From Minisyncoccota bacterium (GTDB lineage: Bacteria > Patescibacteriota > Minisyncoccia > UBA9983): a DNA stretch of 64,000 bases. The first letter of the stretch is position 1. Every line of letters starts with the position of its first letter. Positions 45,604-54,671 of the stretch are shown one piece after another. Made by a program: the position numbers and the translations under genes. The notes under the pieces were generated by a model. The model saw only the letters and a program-made list of their open reading frames with translations, had not been told where the DNA came from and ran no database searches. The stretch is taken from NCBI GenBank assembly GCA_041648395.1, contig JBAZPC010000002.1, forward strand, positions 29,181 through 93,180, in the 5' to 3' direction.

Positions 45604-46646
45604 AATAATTTATTTTGAACCGGCGGTTTTTTGCCTAAATGCTTATAAGCGTGCGGAGTAGCGACTCTTCCGCGTGGCGTGCGCTCCAGAAATCCGAGCT
45701 GAATCAAATACGGCTCGCAAACTTCTTCTATTGTTTCTTCCTCTTCGGAAGAGGCGGCGGCTAATGTTTGGAGGCCAACCGGCCCACCGTTGAATTTATC
45801 TATAAGAATTTCAAGAATCCTTCTGTCGTGGCCGGTTAGCCCGACGTTGTCTATTTCCAAAAGCTCTAGCGCTTTTTTGGCCGTTTCCAAATCTATGGAC
45901 TCTTTTTTATTGACCTGGGCGTAGTCCCTGCATCTTTTTAACAAATGGTTGGCGATGCGCGGAGTAAACCTGCTTCTTTTAGCGATTTCTTCCGCCGCCT
46001 CGCCGCTGATTTCCTCTTCCAAAATTTTTGCCGAGCGTATGATTATTTTTTTAATCTCATCCTTGTCGTAAAAATTCAAACGAAATGTTCCGCCGGAAAA
46101 TCGCGAACGAAGGGGGGAGGAAAGCATGGAGACCCTGGTGGTGGCAGCAATGAGAGTAAACGGCGGAAGATCCAATTGAATGGTTCTTGCCGACGGCCCT
46201 TTGCCGATGATTATATCCAGTGAACCCGACTCCATGGCCGGATAAAGAATTTCTTCAATGAGTTTATTTAGGCGATGGGCCTCGTCAATAAATAAAATAT
46301 CACCGGGTGAAAGGTTGGTAAGAATAGACGCCAGGTCGCCGACTCTTTCTATGGCGGGGCCAGAGGTAACCTTCATTTGCGCGCTCATTTCTTTTGCGAT
46401 AAGATAGGCGAGCGTTGTCTTTCCCAATCCGGCCGGACCGTAAAAAAGAAGATGCTCTGGTGTTTCGTTGCGCTCCAAAGCGGCTCCTAAAAGAATTTTA
46501 AGATTGTTTTTGGTGGATTCTTGGCCAATGTAGTCGTCCCATTTTTGGGGCCGTAACGTTTGGTCAAGAACTTTGTCCCCGCCTGCAATGCTTTGCATAG
46601 CAATGCGGGCAGGTTCTTTATTGAGATTATTTGGGGGGGTTGACAT
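45600..46646 (-). CDS. ruvB: Holliday junction branch migration ATPase RuvB
   Basis: Walker [12 protein letters not shown], sensor motifs and a C-terminal winged helix. Confidence 0.95.
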   Translation of the reverse strand: MSTPPNNLNKEPARIAMQSIAGGDKVLDQTLRPQKWDDYIGQESTKNNLKILLGAALERNETPEHLLFYGPAGLGKTTLAYLIAKEMSAQMKVTSGPAIERVGDLASILTNLSPGDILFIDEAHRLNKLIEEILYPAMESGSLDIIIGKGPSARTIQLDLPPFTLIAATTRVSMLSSPLRSRFSGGTFRLNFYDKDEIKKIIIRSAKILEEEISGEAAEEIAKRSRFTPRIANHLLKRCRDYAQVNKKESIDLETAKKALELLEIDNVGLTGHDRRILEILIDKFNGGPVGLQTLAAASSEEEETIEEVCEPYLIQLGFLERTPRGRVATPHAYKHLGKKPPVQNKLL

Positions 46647-46870
46647 TTTAATTAAAGTTTGCTACTATCAAATAAGCAATTTAAAATCCTATAAAACGGA
46701 TAAACCGCTGCAAAATCCTCTAAGCAACAAGACATTGTCTTATCGGGACTCTTTGAAGGACATTTTGGTTTGCGCCTTTAGGCGACATTTCTGGAATTAT
46801 CCTTATAAAGAAATTCTAAACTTTTGGCACCCATGTTAAAAGAGTTGCTTGGAGGATTTTGAAGCGGTTT

Positions 46871-48535
46871 TTAAAGTTCTATCACTCTTTCCAGTTCATC
46901 AAGAGACGTCACACCCTTGATGACTTTTAAAATTCCGTCCTGCTGCATATTTAAAATTCCCTGCCCTTCCGCTTCTTTCGCTATTTCCGTTTCATTCGGC
47001 ATTTTCATAATAAGTTCTTCAATTTTTTCGTCTACCAATATGGCCTCAAAAATTCCAATTCTGCCTTTGTATCCGATATTGTTGCATGCGGGACACCCCT
47101 TGCTACGCCAAATAGAAACTTCGCCTGTACCTGCCTGCGCAGGCAGGGTTGGCGCCCATTTTTCTATTTTTATTTTTTCTTCCGGCGAGGGCGAAGATTT
47201 TTCCTTGCAGAAATCGCAAAGTTTTCTTGTTAGTCGCTGGGCTAAGGAAATATTGATGGCCGGAGCAATGATGTTCGGATTAACTCCGAGGTCTATAAGA
47301 CGGGGAATGGTGCCGGCGGCGTTGTTGGTATGAAGAGTGGAAAAAACGAGATGGCCGGTTAAGGCCGCGTTCATGGCTATTTTGGCTGTTTCCAAGTCCC
47401 TTATTTCGCCGACCATGATGACGTCCGGGTCTTGGCGAAGAATAGCCCTCAATCCTTCAACAAAGCCGTATCCCTTATCCTCTTCAACTTGGGTTTGGGA
47501 AATCCCCTTGAGATGATATTCCACCGGGTCTTCCAATGTTATTATTTTTATTTCCGAAGAGTATATTTTTTTTAGGAAGGCATAAAGGGTGGTTGTTTTT
47601 CCTGAACCGGTAGGTCCTGTGTTTATAATCATTCCGTTGGGTTTTTTAATTTCTTTCATCAGTATTTGGTACAAGTTTTCTTCTATCCCCAACTCTTCCA
47701 AGGGGACGGAGATTGATTTTGGATTCAAAACTCTCATGACGATTGTCTCGCCATAAGAGCCGGGAATGACTGAAGTTCTTATTTCTATTTCAGTTTCTTT
47801 TATATGAATGCTAAAACGGCCATCTTGCGCCTGGTCGTGGATATTAAGTTTGAGCCCAGAAACAAGTTTTATTCTTGAGAGGAAAAGATTAAACACTTTT
47901 GGTTCAAATGAAAATATGTCGTTAAGCACGCCGTCTAAACGGAAACGCAAACGGATTTGCGTTTCTTGCGGTTCTATATGGATATCGGACGAATTGACGG
48001 CGATGGCGCCGGCTAAAATTATTTCCAGAATTTCCGAAGTGCGGCGGTTTGTTTTTGAAGGTGTGATAGATGAAAAAATTTTTTTCAAGTCATCCAGCGA
48101 TTTTGCCTCTTTTATAAACTCTTCCAATTTTTCCGCCGAAACGTCTATTATTCCAGCTGACATTTCCGTAAAAGCCGGCACCTCGGCGTACTTTTTCCAG
48201 GTCTTCTCCAGCCCTATTTCCGAAACCATGAAAATTTCCGGCTTGTAGCCCTTTTCTTCCAAGTCCTTAAGAATGCCGCTGGTCGCGTCAAGGCCGGGAT
48301 TCAAAACGGCTATTTCAAGTTTCTTTCCTTTTTTTTGGAAGATGGCCATCTTCGCTTTTCTGGCCGTTTCTTCCGGTAATATGATTAAGGCGTCAAGGCC
48401 TACGGTTGTTGTGGCGAGATTTAAATAGGGGATTTTGTATTTTTCGGAAAGAATCATGGCCAAATCCTCAGCTTCCTGTTCGCGCATTTCTTTCAACTTC
48501 TCTTTTTGTTTTTTTTCTGATGAAAAGGTGACCAT
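46871..48535 (-). CDS. pilB: Type IV pilus / type II secretion assembly ATPase (PilB/GspE family)
   Basis: Walker A GPTGSGKTTTL, Asp box, His box and a C-terminal CxxC...CxxC zinc motif (CDFC...CPAC). Confidence 0.85.
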   Translation of the reverse strand: MVTFSSEKKQKEKLKEMREQEAEDLAMILSEKYKIPYLNLATTTVGLDALIILPEETARKAKMAIFQKKGKKLEIAVLNPGLDATSGILKDLEEKGYKPEIFMVSEIGLEKTWKKYAEVPAFTEMSAGIIDVSAEKLEEFIKEAKSLDDLKKIFSSITPSKTNRRTSEILEIILAGAIAVNSSDIHIEPQETQIRLRFRLDGVLNDIFSFEPKVFNLFLSRIKLVSGLKLNIHDQAQDGRFSIHIKETEIEIRTSVIPGSYGETIVMRVLNPKSISVPLEELGIEENLYQILMKEIKKPNGMIINTGPTGSGKTTTLYAFLKKIYSSEIKIITLEDPVEYHLKGISQTQVEEDKGYGFVEGLRAILRQDPDVIMVGEIRDLETAKIAMNAALTGHLVFSTLHTNNAAGTIPRLIDLGVNPNIIAPAINISLAQRLTRKLCDFCKEKSSPSPEEKIKIEKWAPTLPAQAGTGEVSIWRSKGCPACNNIGYKGRIGIFEAILVDEKIEELIMKMPNETEIAKEAEGQGILNMQQDGILKVIKGVTSLDELERVIEL

Positions 48536-48553
48536 GTTTACTTTTATATTATC

Positions 48554-49108
48554 TTATAAAACAACTTCTTTCAATGCCTGCTTCATTTTTATTTCCGCCG
48601 ATGAAAAATTTTCAAAGGGTCCGGATATAAAATATTTTTCTTCAATGTCAGCGTTTATTTTTTCTGCTAGAAAGGGCAGAATTTTCTTCTCCTTGCCGTT
48701 TTCTGTCGCCATGCAGTAAACGCCGTTTTCTTCCTGCCAAAAAACGAAAGAAAGCGGCTGGGGCGGAAAGAAGCCGTTTATTTTTTGGGCTATTTTGTAG
48801 AAAATTTTATTGTCAGCGTATTGAAAATTAGTTTTTTCAAAGTCCTCGGCTGAAATGAAAGTCCACGAGCTTTGCAAATCTTCATTTATGCGAGTGCGCG
48901 CCATGGTCCGACCGAAAAGTTGAGCAAAGGGAATTTTCTGTTCATCGCTGACTTCTTCAGAGAGGTCTTCGTAATCAATATTAATGACAAAAAAATCATC
49001 ATCGTTGTCATAGCTCACCTCCTTCACCTTATATCTGTCTTTCGGCAAACGAATAGAGGAGCGCTTGGCTGAATCAAAGTCCTTAAAGTTTTCACCAATA
49101 TCAGGCAT
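48554..49108 (-). CDS. Hypothetical protein
   Basis: 184-aa ORF next to pilB. Confidence 0.3.
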   Translation of the reverse strand: MPDIGENFKDFDSAKRSSIRLPKDRYKVKEVSYDNDDDFFVINIDYEDLSEEVSDEQKIPFAQLFGRTMARTRINEDLQSSWTFISAEDFEKTNFQYADNKIFYKIAQKINGFFPPQPLSFVFWQEENGVYCMATENGKEKKILPFLAEKINADIEEKYFISGPFENFSSAEIKMKQALKEVVL

Positions 49109-49145
49109 TAGTTAATTCCTAGCACGCAGGCCGGTGTTTTCAAGC

Positions 49146-49173
49146 TTGACAAAATATGCCAATCTGCTATAAT
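49146..49173 (+). promoter_or_regulatory. Near-consensus sigma70 promoter TTGACA-N16-TATAAT
   Basis: ttgacaaaatatgccaatctgctataat, with the RBS aaaggagg and ATG 49213 following. Confidence 0.6.
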
Positions 49174-49212
49174 CTAGACAGAAAAATAAACTAGATCTTT
49201 AAAGGAGGATTT

Positions 49213-49701
49213 ATGAAAAAAATATCAGCATCGGTTCTTTTTGTTGTTTTTATTGCAATAGTTCTTATCGCAACCGGATGCGCAGGTCTCATGGAAACAA
49301 GAAGAGGAGAAACCCGCACAAACCAAGGCGGAGCTGTTGGTTTAGGGTTGGGACTGGCATTTTGCCACAAAAACCCCTATTGCATCGGGGCGGCAACACT
49401 TTTAGGCCTGTTCACGGGAAGCTTTCTTGGCACCGCCGAGAGCGACAAAATCGCCGAACCGAAAGTTGTTGAGGTCGGCGACAAAAAAGTGATTATGGTG
49501 CCGACAGGAATACCCTTTCCCTTTCAAAATCCAAATATCCAAACAAATATCCAGCAGCAGCCGTATTCGAATGAAGAGTGTCGTTTTCAGCCAACAATAG
49601 AATCCCAGGTTGAGTGTTTTCGCGAGAAGACGCGGAACCTAAGGAGCCTAACTGATGCGGAGAATGAATATGCGCGCGAACGGGCGCGCAGAAGATATTA
49701 G
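49213..49701 (+). CDS. Lipoprotein, unknown function
   Basis: Signal peptide with lipobox LIATGC. Confidence 0.5.
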   Translation: MKKISASVLFVVFIAIVLIATGCAGLMETRRGETRTNQGGAVGLGLGLAFCHKNPYCIGAATLLGLFTGSFLGTAESDKIAEPKVVEVGDKKVIMVPTGIPFPFQNPNIQTNIQQQPYSNEECRFQPTIESQVECFREKTRNLRSLTDAENEYARERARRRY

Positions 49702-49756
49702 TCCTTTAGGGGCAGGAAGAAATTCCTGCCCGTTTGTTTTATAATGGAGCAAAGTT

Positions 49757-50212
49757 ATGAAAATTTCTGTTTCAAAAAAGCAGACGAGTAAAATAGCCAA
49801 AGAATTAGCAAAAACCCTTCGACAAGCTCAGGGTAAAAAATTTTTCAACAAAGCTGTTGTTATTGGTCTGTCCGGCGAACTCGGTAGCGGGAAGACGGCT
49901 TTCTGCCAAAGTTTCGCGAAGGCGCTGGGTGTGAAAGAAAAAGTTCACAGCCCAACATTTGTAATTATGAAAAAGTATCCAGTAGTCAGTAGCCAGTATT
50001 CAGTATTATTTCACTTTGATATGTACAGAATTAAAAATCAAAAAGACATTATTACTCTCGGTTGGAAAAAAATAATTTCTGATTCCAGAAACATAATTTT
50101 AGTTGAGTGGGCGGAAAATATCAGAAAAGTTTTTCCCAAAAAACATTTTTGGATAAAAATGTCCCATCTGGGCAAAAAAAGCAGAGGTATTGACATTAAA
50201 TCCGTAAAATAG
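49757..50212 (+). CDS. tsaE: tRNA threonylcarbamoyladenosine biosynthesis protein TsaE
   Basis: P-loop GLSGELGSGKT, HSPTF and HFDMYR motifs. It carries two in-frame repeat insertions: TLRQAQG (49811-49840) and VVSSQYSV (49981-50007). Confidence 0.75.
   Translation: MKISVSKKQTSKIAKELAKTLRQAQGKKFFNKAVVIGLSGELGSGKTAFCQSFAKALGVKEKVHSPTFVIMKKYPVVSSQYSVLFHFDMYRIKNQKDIITLGWKKIISDSRNIILVEWAENIRKVFPKKHFWIKMSHLGKKSRGIDIKSVK
49811..49840. repeat. Hairpin-unit repeat aaaacccttcgacaagctcagggtaaaaaa, in frame in tsaE
   Basis: It encodes TLRQAQGKK. The same cccttcgacaagctcgggg core forms terminator hairpins at 24715-24750 and 44461-44496. Confidence 0.6.
49981..50007. repeat. Heptamer tandem repeat (agtagtcagtagccagtattcagtatt), in frame within tsaE
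   Basis: It encodes the VVSSQYSVL segment. Confidence 0.8.
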
Positions 50213-50258
50213 TATAATCAAGAGCAGAAAAAAGTAAGCAACTTTAAATTTTGAGGAG

Positions 50259-50900
50259 GTGTTTCTGATGAGGAAATTACTGGTTTTTTTAGTGTTTTTA
50301 GTGGTTTTGTTTTATCTGGATAATGTTGAGGCAGCAGAGAAGAAATACTGCGAGTTAAGCAATAATCCTTATACTCTTAAATCTGGCGAGATAGAATATT
50401 CTTTAACAGAGGATACTTTTCTCCCCAATAAAAGAGATGGGAAGGATAAAACGTACTTTTGCTGGCTTCGTAGAGGAGAATTGGTGGTTGCCGACGAAAC
50501 AACAGGGAGAATAACAAGAATTAAAAAATGTTCCAATCCTGTTGTCGGAGAAGCTTATGTTAGCTTGAGAAAAGAAGTTCTCGTTGAGGCTCTCGTCAAA
50601 GCTTTTGAAGCTGCTTCATTATCAACTCCAACTCCACAGCCGCCGCAGCCAACAACCACTCCGGAGTTCGTGGTCATATATTATTATGACCCGCGACTTG
50701 CCGCCCCTGCGCAAAACCAATCGGTTTTTGTAGAGGGCAATAGTGGCGGCTACTATGGCGGCGGCGGAGGATATGGAGGAGGTTATAATAAAACAAAAGT
50801 AAAAAACTATTATAATAATTATTATAATACTCCCCCACCTCCACCCCCATCCCCACCGCCAAGCGGCAAACCGGGGCCGAATCCCCCGGCGCACAGATAA
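50259..50900 (+). CDS. Secreted protein with Gly/Tyr- and Pro-rich C-terminus
   Basis: Signal peptide, then ...GGYYGGGGGYGGGY...TPPPPPPSPPPSGKPGPNPP. Confidence 0.4.
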   Translation: MFLMRKLLVFLVFLVVLFYLDNVEAAEKKYCELSNNPYTLKSGEIEYSLTEDTFLPNKRDGKDKTYFCWLRRGELVVADETTGRITRIKKCSNPVVGEAYVSLRKEVLVEALVKAFEAASLSTPTPQPPQPTTTPEFVVIYYYDPRLAAPAQNQSVFVEGNSGGYYGGGGGYGGGYNKTKVKNYYNNYYNTPPPPPPSPPPSGKPGPNPPAHR

Positions 50901-50995
50901 AATTTGCCCGTCCTGTTTTTCAAAAAAAAGAAAAACAAGGACGGGCCTACTCTTGAGTTTTTAAAAATTAAAAATTAAAAATTCAAAAGTGGATT

Positions 50996-53900
50996 ATGAA
51001 AAAAATTATGAATAAAAATTTAATATTGTTTTCAGGGCTGATAATTTTAGTCGGAGTTTTGGCGCCAACAGTTTTTGCGCAGGCCGCGTATTTTAATACT
51101 GACCCATCGGATCATCCAATATTAAGGGTTGCCAACGCCACAAAAAATCCTTTTTGCACCAGTTGCTGGAATTCAACGGTCACGGCCGATGCCGGCGACA
51201 TTGTTGATTTTGATATTTATTACCACAACACGTCCAGTGAGAAAGCCATTCAGACAATGGTCAACGCCATTCTTCCGTCCGGCAGTTCAAACTCTTTTAC
51301 GGTTTCTGGCAGTGTTTGGGCGCAAAACGCTTCCATGATAAGCGGTTCCGCTCTTATCAATCTTACTTCAAGCCAAAGCTTGTCGTTTATTCCCGGCTCT
51401 GTCAGATGGTATCCCAATCAATCGGCGTCTTTTTCTCCGCTTCTTAACGGGCAGTCCGGCGCTGAAATTATCACTGCGTCCGGTTTGAATATCGGCGACA
51501 TCGCCGCGGGATGGAGCACTCAAGGCCATGTTGTTTTTGGAGTTCAGGTGAGCGGCAGCCCAAATCCTCCTCCCTCGTCTCCTACGGTTTCTATTTCTGC
51601 CTCTCCGAATCCCGTTAATTATAATTCCACAACAAACTTAACATGGTCCTCAACCAATGCCACTTCATGTACCGCTTCCGGCGGATGGTCTGGAACAAAA
51701 GCGACTTCTGGTTCTGAAACAACCGGTTCTCTTGCAAGCGCCCAAACCTACACCCTCACCTGCACGGGCTCTGGCGGAACGACTTCAAATAGCGTTACTG
51801 TCAACGTTAATCAACAACAGGGCCAAGCGCCGACAGTGAACACAAACTCTGCCACCAATGTCGGGCAAATTTCAGCCACTCTTAATGGCTCAATCAATCC
51901 CAATTCCAGCGCCGCTAACGTCTGGTTTGAATGGGGAACAACGCAATCAAGTTTAACTAACACTATCACTTACGGCGGAATCGGCGCAGGCGCTTCGGCT
52001 GTCAACGCCTCCATGACGGTTTCCGGCCTCAACCAGAACACCACTTACTATTTTCGCGCTGTCGCGCAAAACTCCTTTGGCACCGTTCAAGGCCAGATTT
52101 TGAGTTTTACCACAGGAGGTGGAGGGGGAACTGGTTTACCGACAATCACCACAAATCCTGCCACCAACATTGTCCAAACTTCCGCTGACCTTAACGGCGC
52201 CGTCAATCCGAACGGCAGCAATACTAACGCTTGGTTTGAATATGGCACTACCCAATCATTTGGCAGCACCACCACCCAGGTTTCTCAAGGTTCGGGTTCT
52301 TCTAATATTAATTTCGTCAGAAACATTACTGGTCTTCAAAACAACACTACTTATTATTATAGGGCCATTGCTCAAAATTCTTTTGGAACGGTAAACGGTT
52401 CAACGCTTAATTTCACAACTTCTAGCGGTGGCGGGGGAGGGGGAGGAGGCGGTAGCCTCCCTGTTGTAAATACAGGGGATGCGTCAAATATTACAGACAC
52501 ATCCGCGGTATTAAAAGGTTATGCTAACCCCAATAACAGCGATACGAACGCGTGGTTTGAATGGGGTAGGGCTGTCGATGGTCTTGTTAATGTCACAAAT
52601 CAGCAGAATGTAGGGGGCGGAACTTCTTATGTGTCATTTCTTTCTGGTATAACAGGACTCACTTCTGGAACTGTTTATGTTTATCGCGCTGTCGCTCAAA
52701 ATGCCGCTGGCACGGCCTTTGGTTCTACTTTGAGTTTTACAGCCACTGGAGGTGGCGGCGGTGGCGGAGGAGGCGGTGGCGGAGGAGGCGGCTCTTGTTT
52801 GCCTATTGTCACAACTAATTCTGCCAGCTTTATAACCAAGGATTCAGCAACCTTAAGGGGACTTGTGAATCCGCAAGGCCGTTCAACAAGCGGTTGGTTT
52901 GAATATGGCAAATCATACGCTTTAACAAACAGAACTGAATCGCAAACAGCCGGCAGCGGTTCGGTTGATACCGATATATTAAAATATCTCGCCAGCATTG
53001 AATCAAATACCAGCTATTATTTCAGGACCGTGGCTCAAAATAATTGCGGTTCGGCGTACGGCAGTATTGTGAGTTTTACCACAGGGCTTGGCAACGGTAA
53101 TCCGCCGGAAGTCATAACTTTAGCGGCAACAAACATAACTCAAACATCAGCCACCATAAACGGAAACGTTAATCCCAATAATTATGACGTCTCGGCGTGG
53201 TTTGAATGGGGGACAAATCCGACTTTATCAGCTTATACTATTACCCCTACGTCAAATCTCGGCTCGGGAAATTTGTTTAAAGCGATAAGTTCAATGCCTT
53301 ACGGCTTGGCGAACAATTCTGTTTATTATTATCGCGCCGTTGCCCAGAATACCTTTGGCGTCGCGCGCGGAACAATCTTAAATTTTACAACTGGGAAAGT
53401 AGAAGCTCCTATCCCCGGTGTCAGTTTTTCTGTCTGGAAAGAAACAAAAAATCTTTCCTTTCCCAACGGCACGATTTATGTTAATTCATCTTCTATCGGC
53501 GATACGTTGGAATTTTCTCTAAACATAAAAAACAAAAGCTCTGACACATTAAGAAATATCATTGTGAAAGACAAAATTTCTTCTTACTTTGATTTCGTGG
53601 AATCAAGCCCCGGAATCAGTTCTAATTCCTCAGGGAATTCATTGGCGTGGAACATAGATTCTGTTGCTTCGGGGGATACAAAAACAATTACTTTTAAAAT
53701 TAAAACAAAAACTGTTGAGGAAAGCGTTGTTATTTCCAACAACTTCACAATCACTGCCGGCGGAATCACCAGAACATCAAACAGCACGACAAACATTCTT
53801 AACCCTTCTTTGATGGCGCTGGATATAGGCGTTGACAAAGACAACGTCAAGAAAAACGAGACGTACAATTATACCGTTAGGTACAGGAATATCGGAATCG

Positions 53901-54322
53901 CGGACGTTGACAATGTTTTGCTCAAAATAATTTTGCCGCAGAATGTCACCCTGAAAGATTCCCAGCCCAACTACGCCACCGCGGAGAAAAATATTCTCTT
54001 TTACAAAATCGGGAGAGTAAATAAAAACGAAAAAGGAACGATTGACATAAGCGTAAAAGTGAGCGACTCTGCCGAAAGCGGAGAAAAGTTGATTGCTACT
54101 GCTGTTCTTGATTACACCGACGCCTTTGGCGCGTCCCAGCCGAATATTTCTGCCTCAGTCACATCTGTCGTGGAGTCCGGATTCTTTGGCACTGCCGCGG
54201 CGCTTGGTTTTTCCTTTGGTGGTTCAAACTTCGGATTCTATCTTTTGTCGGCGCTCTTGCTGGCCGTCATCGGAGTGGTTGTCTACATCCGCCTTAAAGT
54301 TTCCAAGATGTTGAAAGTGTAA
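50996..54322 (+). CDS. Giant cell-surface protein: signal peptide, about 8 tandem ~95-aa repeats joined by poly-Gly linkers, DUF11-like C-terminal repeats, C-terminal TM anchor
   Basis: The repeated unit is TNxATNIxQTSAxLNGxVNPNGSxTNAWFEYGTT...YYYRAVAQNSFGT.G..L.FTT. Linkers are GGGGGGG (GGN codon runs, for example at 52747-52797). The C-terminus is FYLLSALLLAVIGVVVYI. Confidence 0.7.
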   Translation: MKKIMNKNLILFSGLIILVGVLAPTVFAQAAYFNTDPSDHPILRVANATKNPFCTSCWNSTVTADAGDIVDFDIYYHNTSSEKAIQTMVNAILPSGSSNSFTVSGSVWAQNASMISGSALINLTSSQSLSFIPGSVRWYPNQSASFSPLLNGQSGAEIITASGLNIGDIAAGWSTQGHVVFGVQVSGSPNPPPSSPTVSISASPNPVNYNSTTNLTWSSTNATSCTASGGWSGTKATSGSETTGSLASAQTYTLTCTGSGGTTSNSVTVNVNQQQGQAPTVNTNSATNVGQISATLNGSINPNSSAANVWFEWGTTQSSLTNTITYGGIGAGASAVNASMTVSGLNQNTTYYFRAVAQNSFGTVQGQILSFTTGGGGGTGLPTITTNPATNIVQTSADLNGAVNPNGSNTNAWFEYGTTQSFGSTTTQVSQGSGSSNINFVRNITGLQNNTTYYYRAIAQNSFGTVNGSTLNFTTSSGGGGGGGGGSLPVVNTGDASNITDTSAVLKGYANPNNSDTNAWFEWGRAVDGLVNVTNQQNVGGGTSYVSFLSGITGLTSGTVYVYRAVAQNAAGTAFGSTLSFTATGGGGGGGGGGGGGGGSCLPIVTTNSASFITKDSATLRGLVNPQGRSTSGWFEYGKSYALTNRTESQTAGSGSVDTDILKYLASIESNTSYYFRTVAQNNCGSAYGSIVSFTTGLGNGNPPEVITLAATNITQTSATINGNVNPNNYDVSAWFEWGTNPTLSAYTITPTSNLGSGNLFKAISSMPYGLANNSVYYYRAVAQNTFGVARGTILNFTTGKVEAPIPGVSFSVWKETKNLSFPNGTIYVNSSSIGDTLEFSLNIKNKSSDTLRNIIVKDKISSYFDFVESSPGISSNSSGNSLAWNIDSVASGDTKTITFKIKTKTVEESVVISNNFTITAGGITRTSNSTTNILNPSLMALDIGVDKDNVKKNETYNYTVRYRNIGIADVDNVLLKIILPQNVTLKDSQPNYATAEKNILFYKIGRVNKNEKGTIDISVKVSDSAESGEKLIATAVLDYTDAFGASQPNISASVTSVVESGFFGTAAALGFSFGGSNFGFYLLSALLLAVIGVVVYIRLKVSKMLKV

Positions 54323-54326
54323 ACCA

Positions 54327-54377
54327 CTTAGGAGTTGAACTCCTAAGTAACAAAAATCCCGCCCACGGCGGGATTTT
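54327..54377 (+). terminator. Two hairpins after the surface-protein gene (cttaggagttgaactcctaag; aaaatcccgcccacggcgggatttt)
   Basis: Perfect inverted repeats, the second followed by a T-run. Confidence 0.6.
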
Positions 54378-54404
54378 TGTTATAATATATGCTACAATGC
54401 CATT

Positions 54405-54671
54405 ATGACTATCCAAGAATTCATTAAAAAAAGGCGATACCTAGTTTGGTATGTCAAAGAACCGGAAAATCTTTCTCCGGAATCTATTGTGGAAGCGGTT
54501 TTGAATTACGGAAATTGGGACGATGTGCAGACCCTTATTAAAATTATGGGGATTAAAAAAGTGGCAAAAATTTTTCGCGAAAAATCAAAGCCGTCAAAAA
54601 TGGGCAGGCAAAACTATCGCTCTGAAACAAAAAATTATTTTGGGCTATATTTTAATAAATATGCCAAATAG
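54405..54671 (+). CDS. Small protein translationally coupled to the AbiEii-like gene (putative cognate partner/antitoxin)
   Basis: 88 aa. Its last 11 nt overlap the start of the downstream nucleotidyltransferase. Confidence 0.3.
   Translation: MTIQEFIKKRRYLVWYVKEPENLSPESIVEAVLNYGNWDDVQTLIKIMGIKKVAKIFREKSKPSKMGRQNYRSETKNYFGLYFNKYAK

Noticed and set aside
52747-52797. GGN codon runs considered as a possible CRISPR-like or other regular array. The 12-mer tandems at 33945-33985 were considered in the same way.
   Set aside because: They are coding poly-Gly linkers and AT-rich origin repeats. There are no spacer-repeat periodicity and no cas genes, so no CRISPR array is present in the window.
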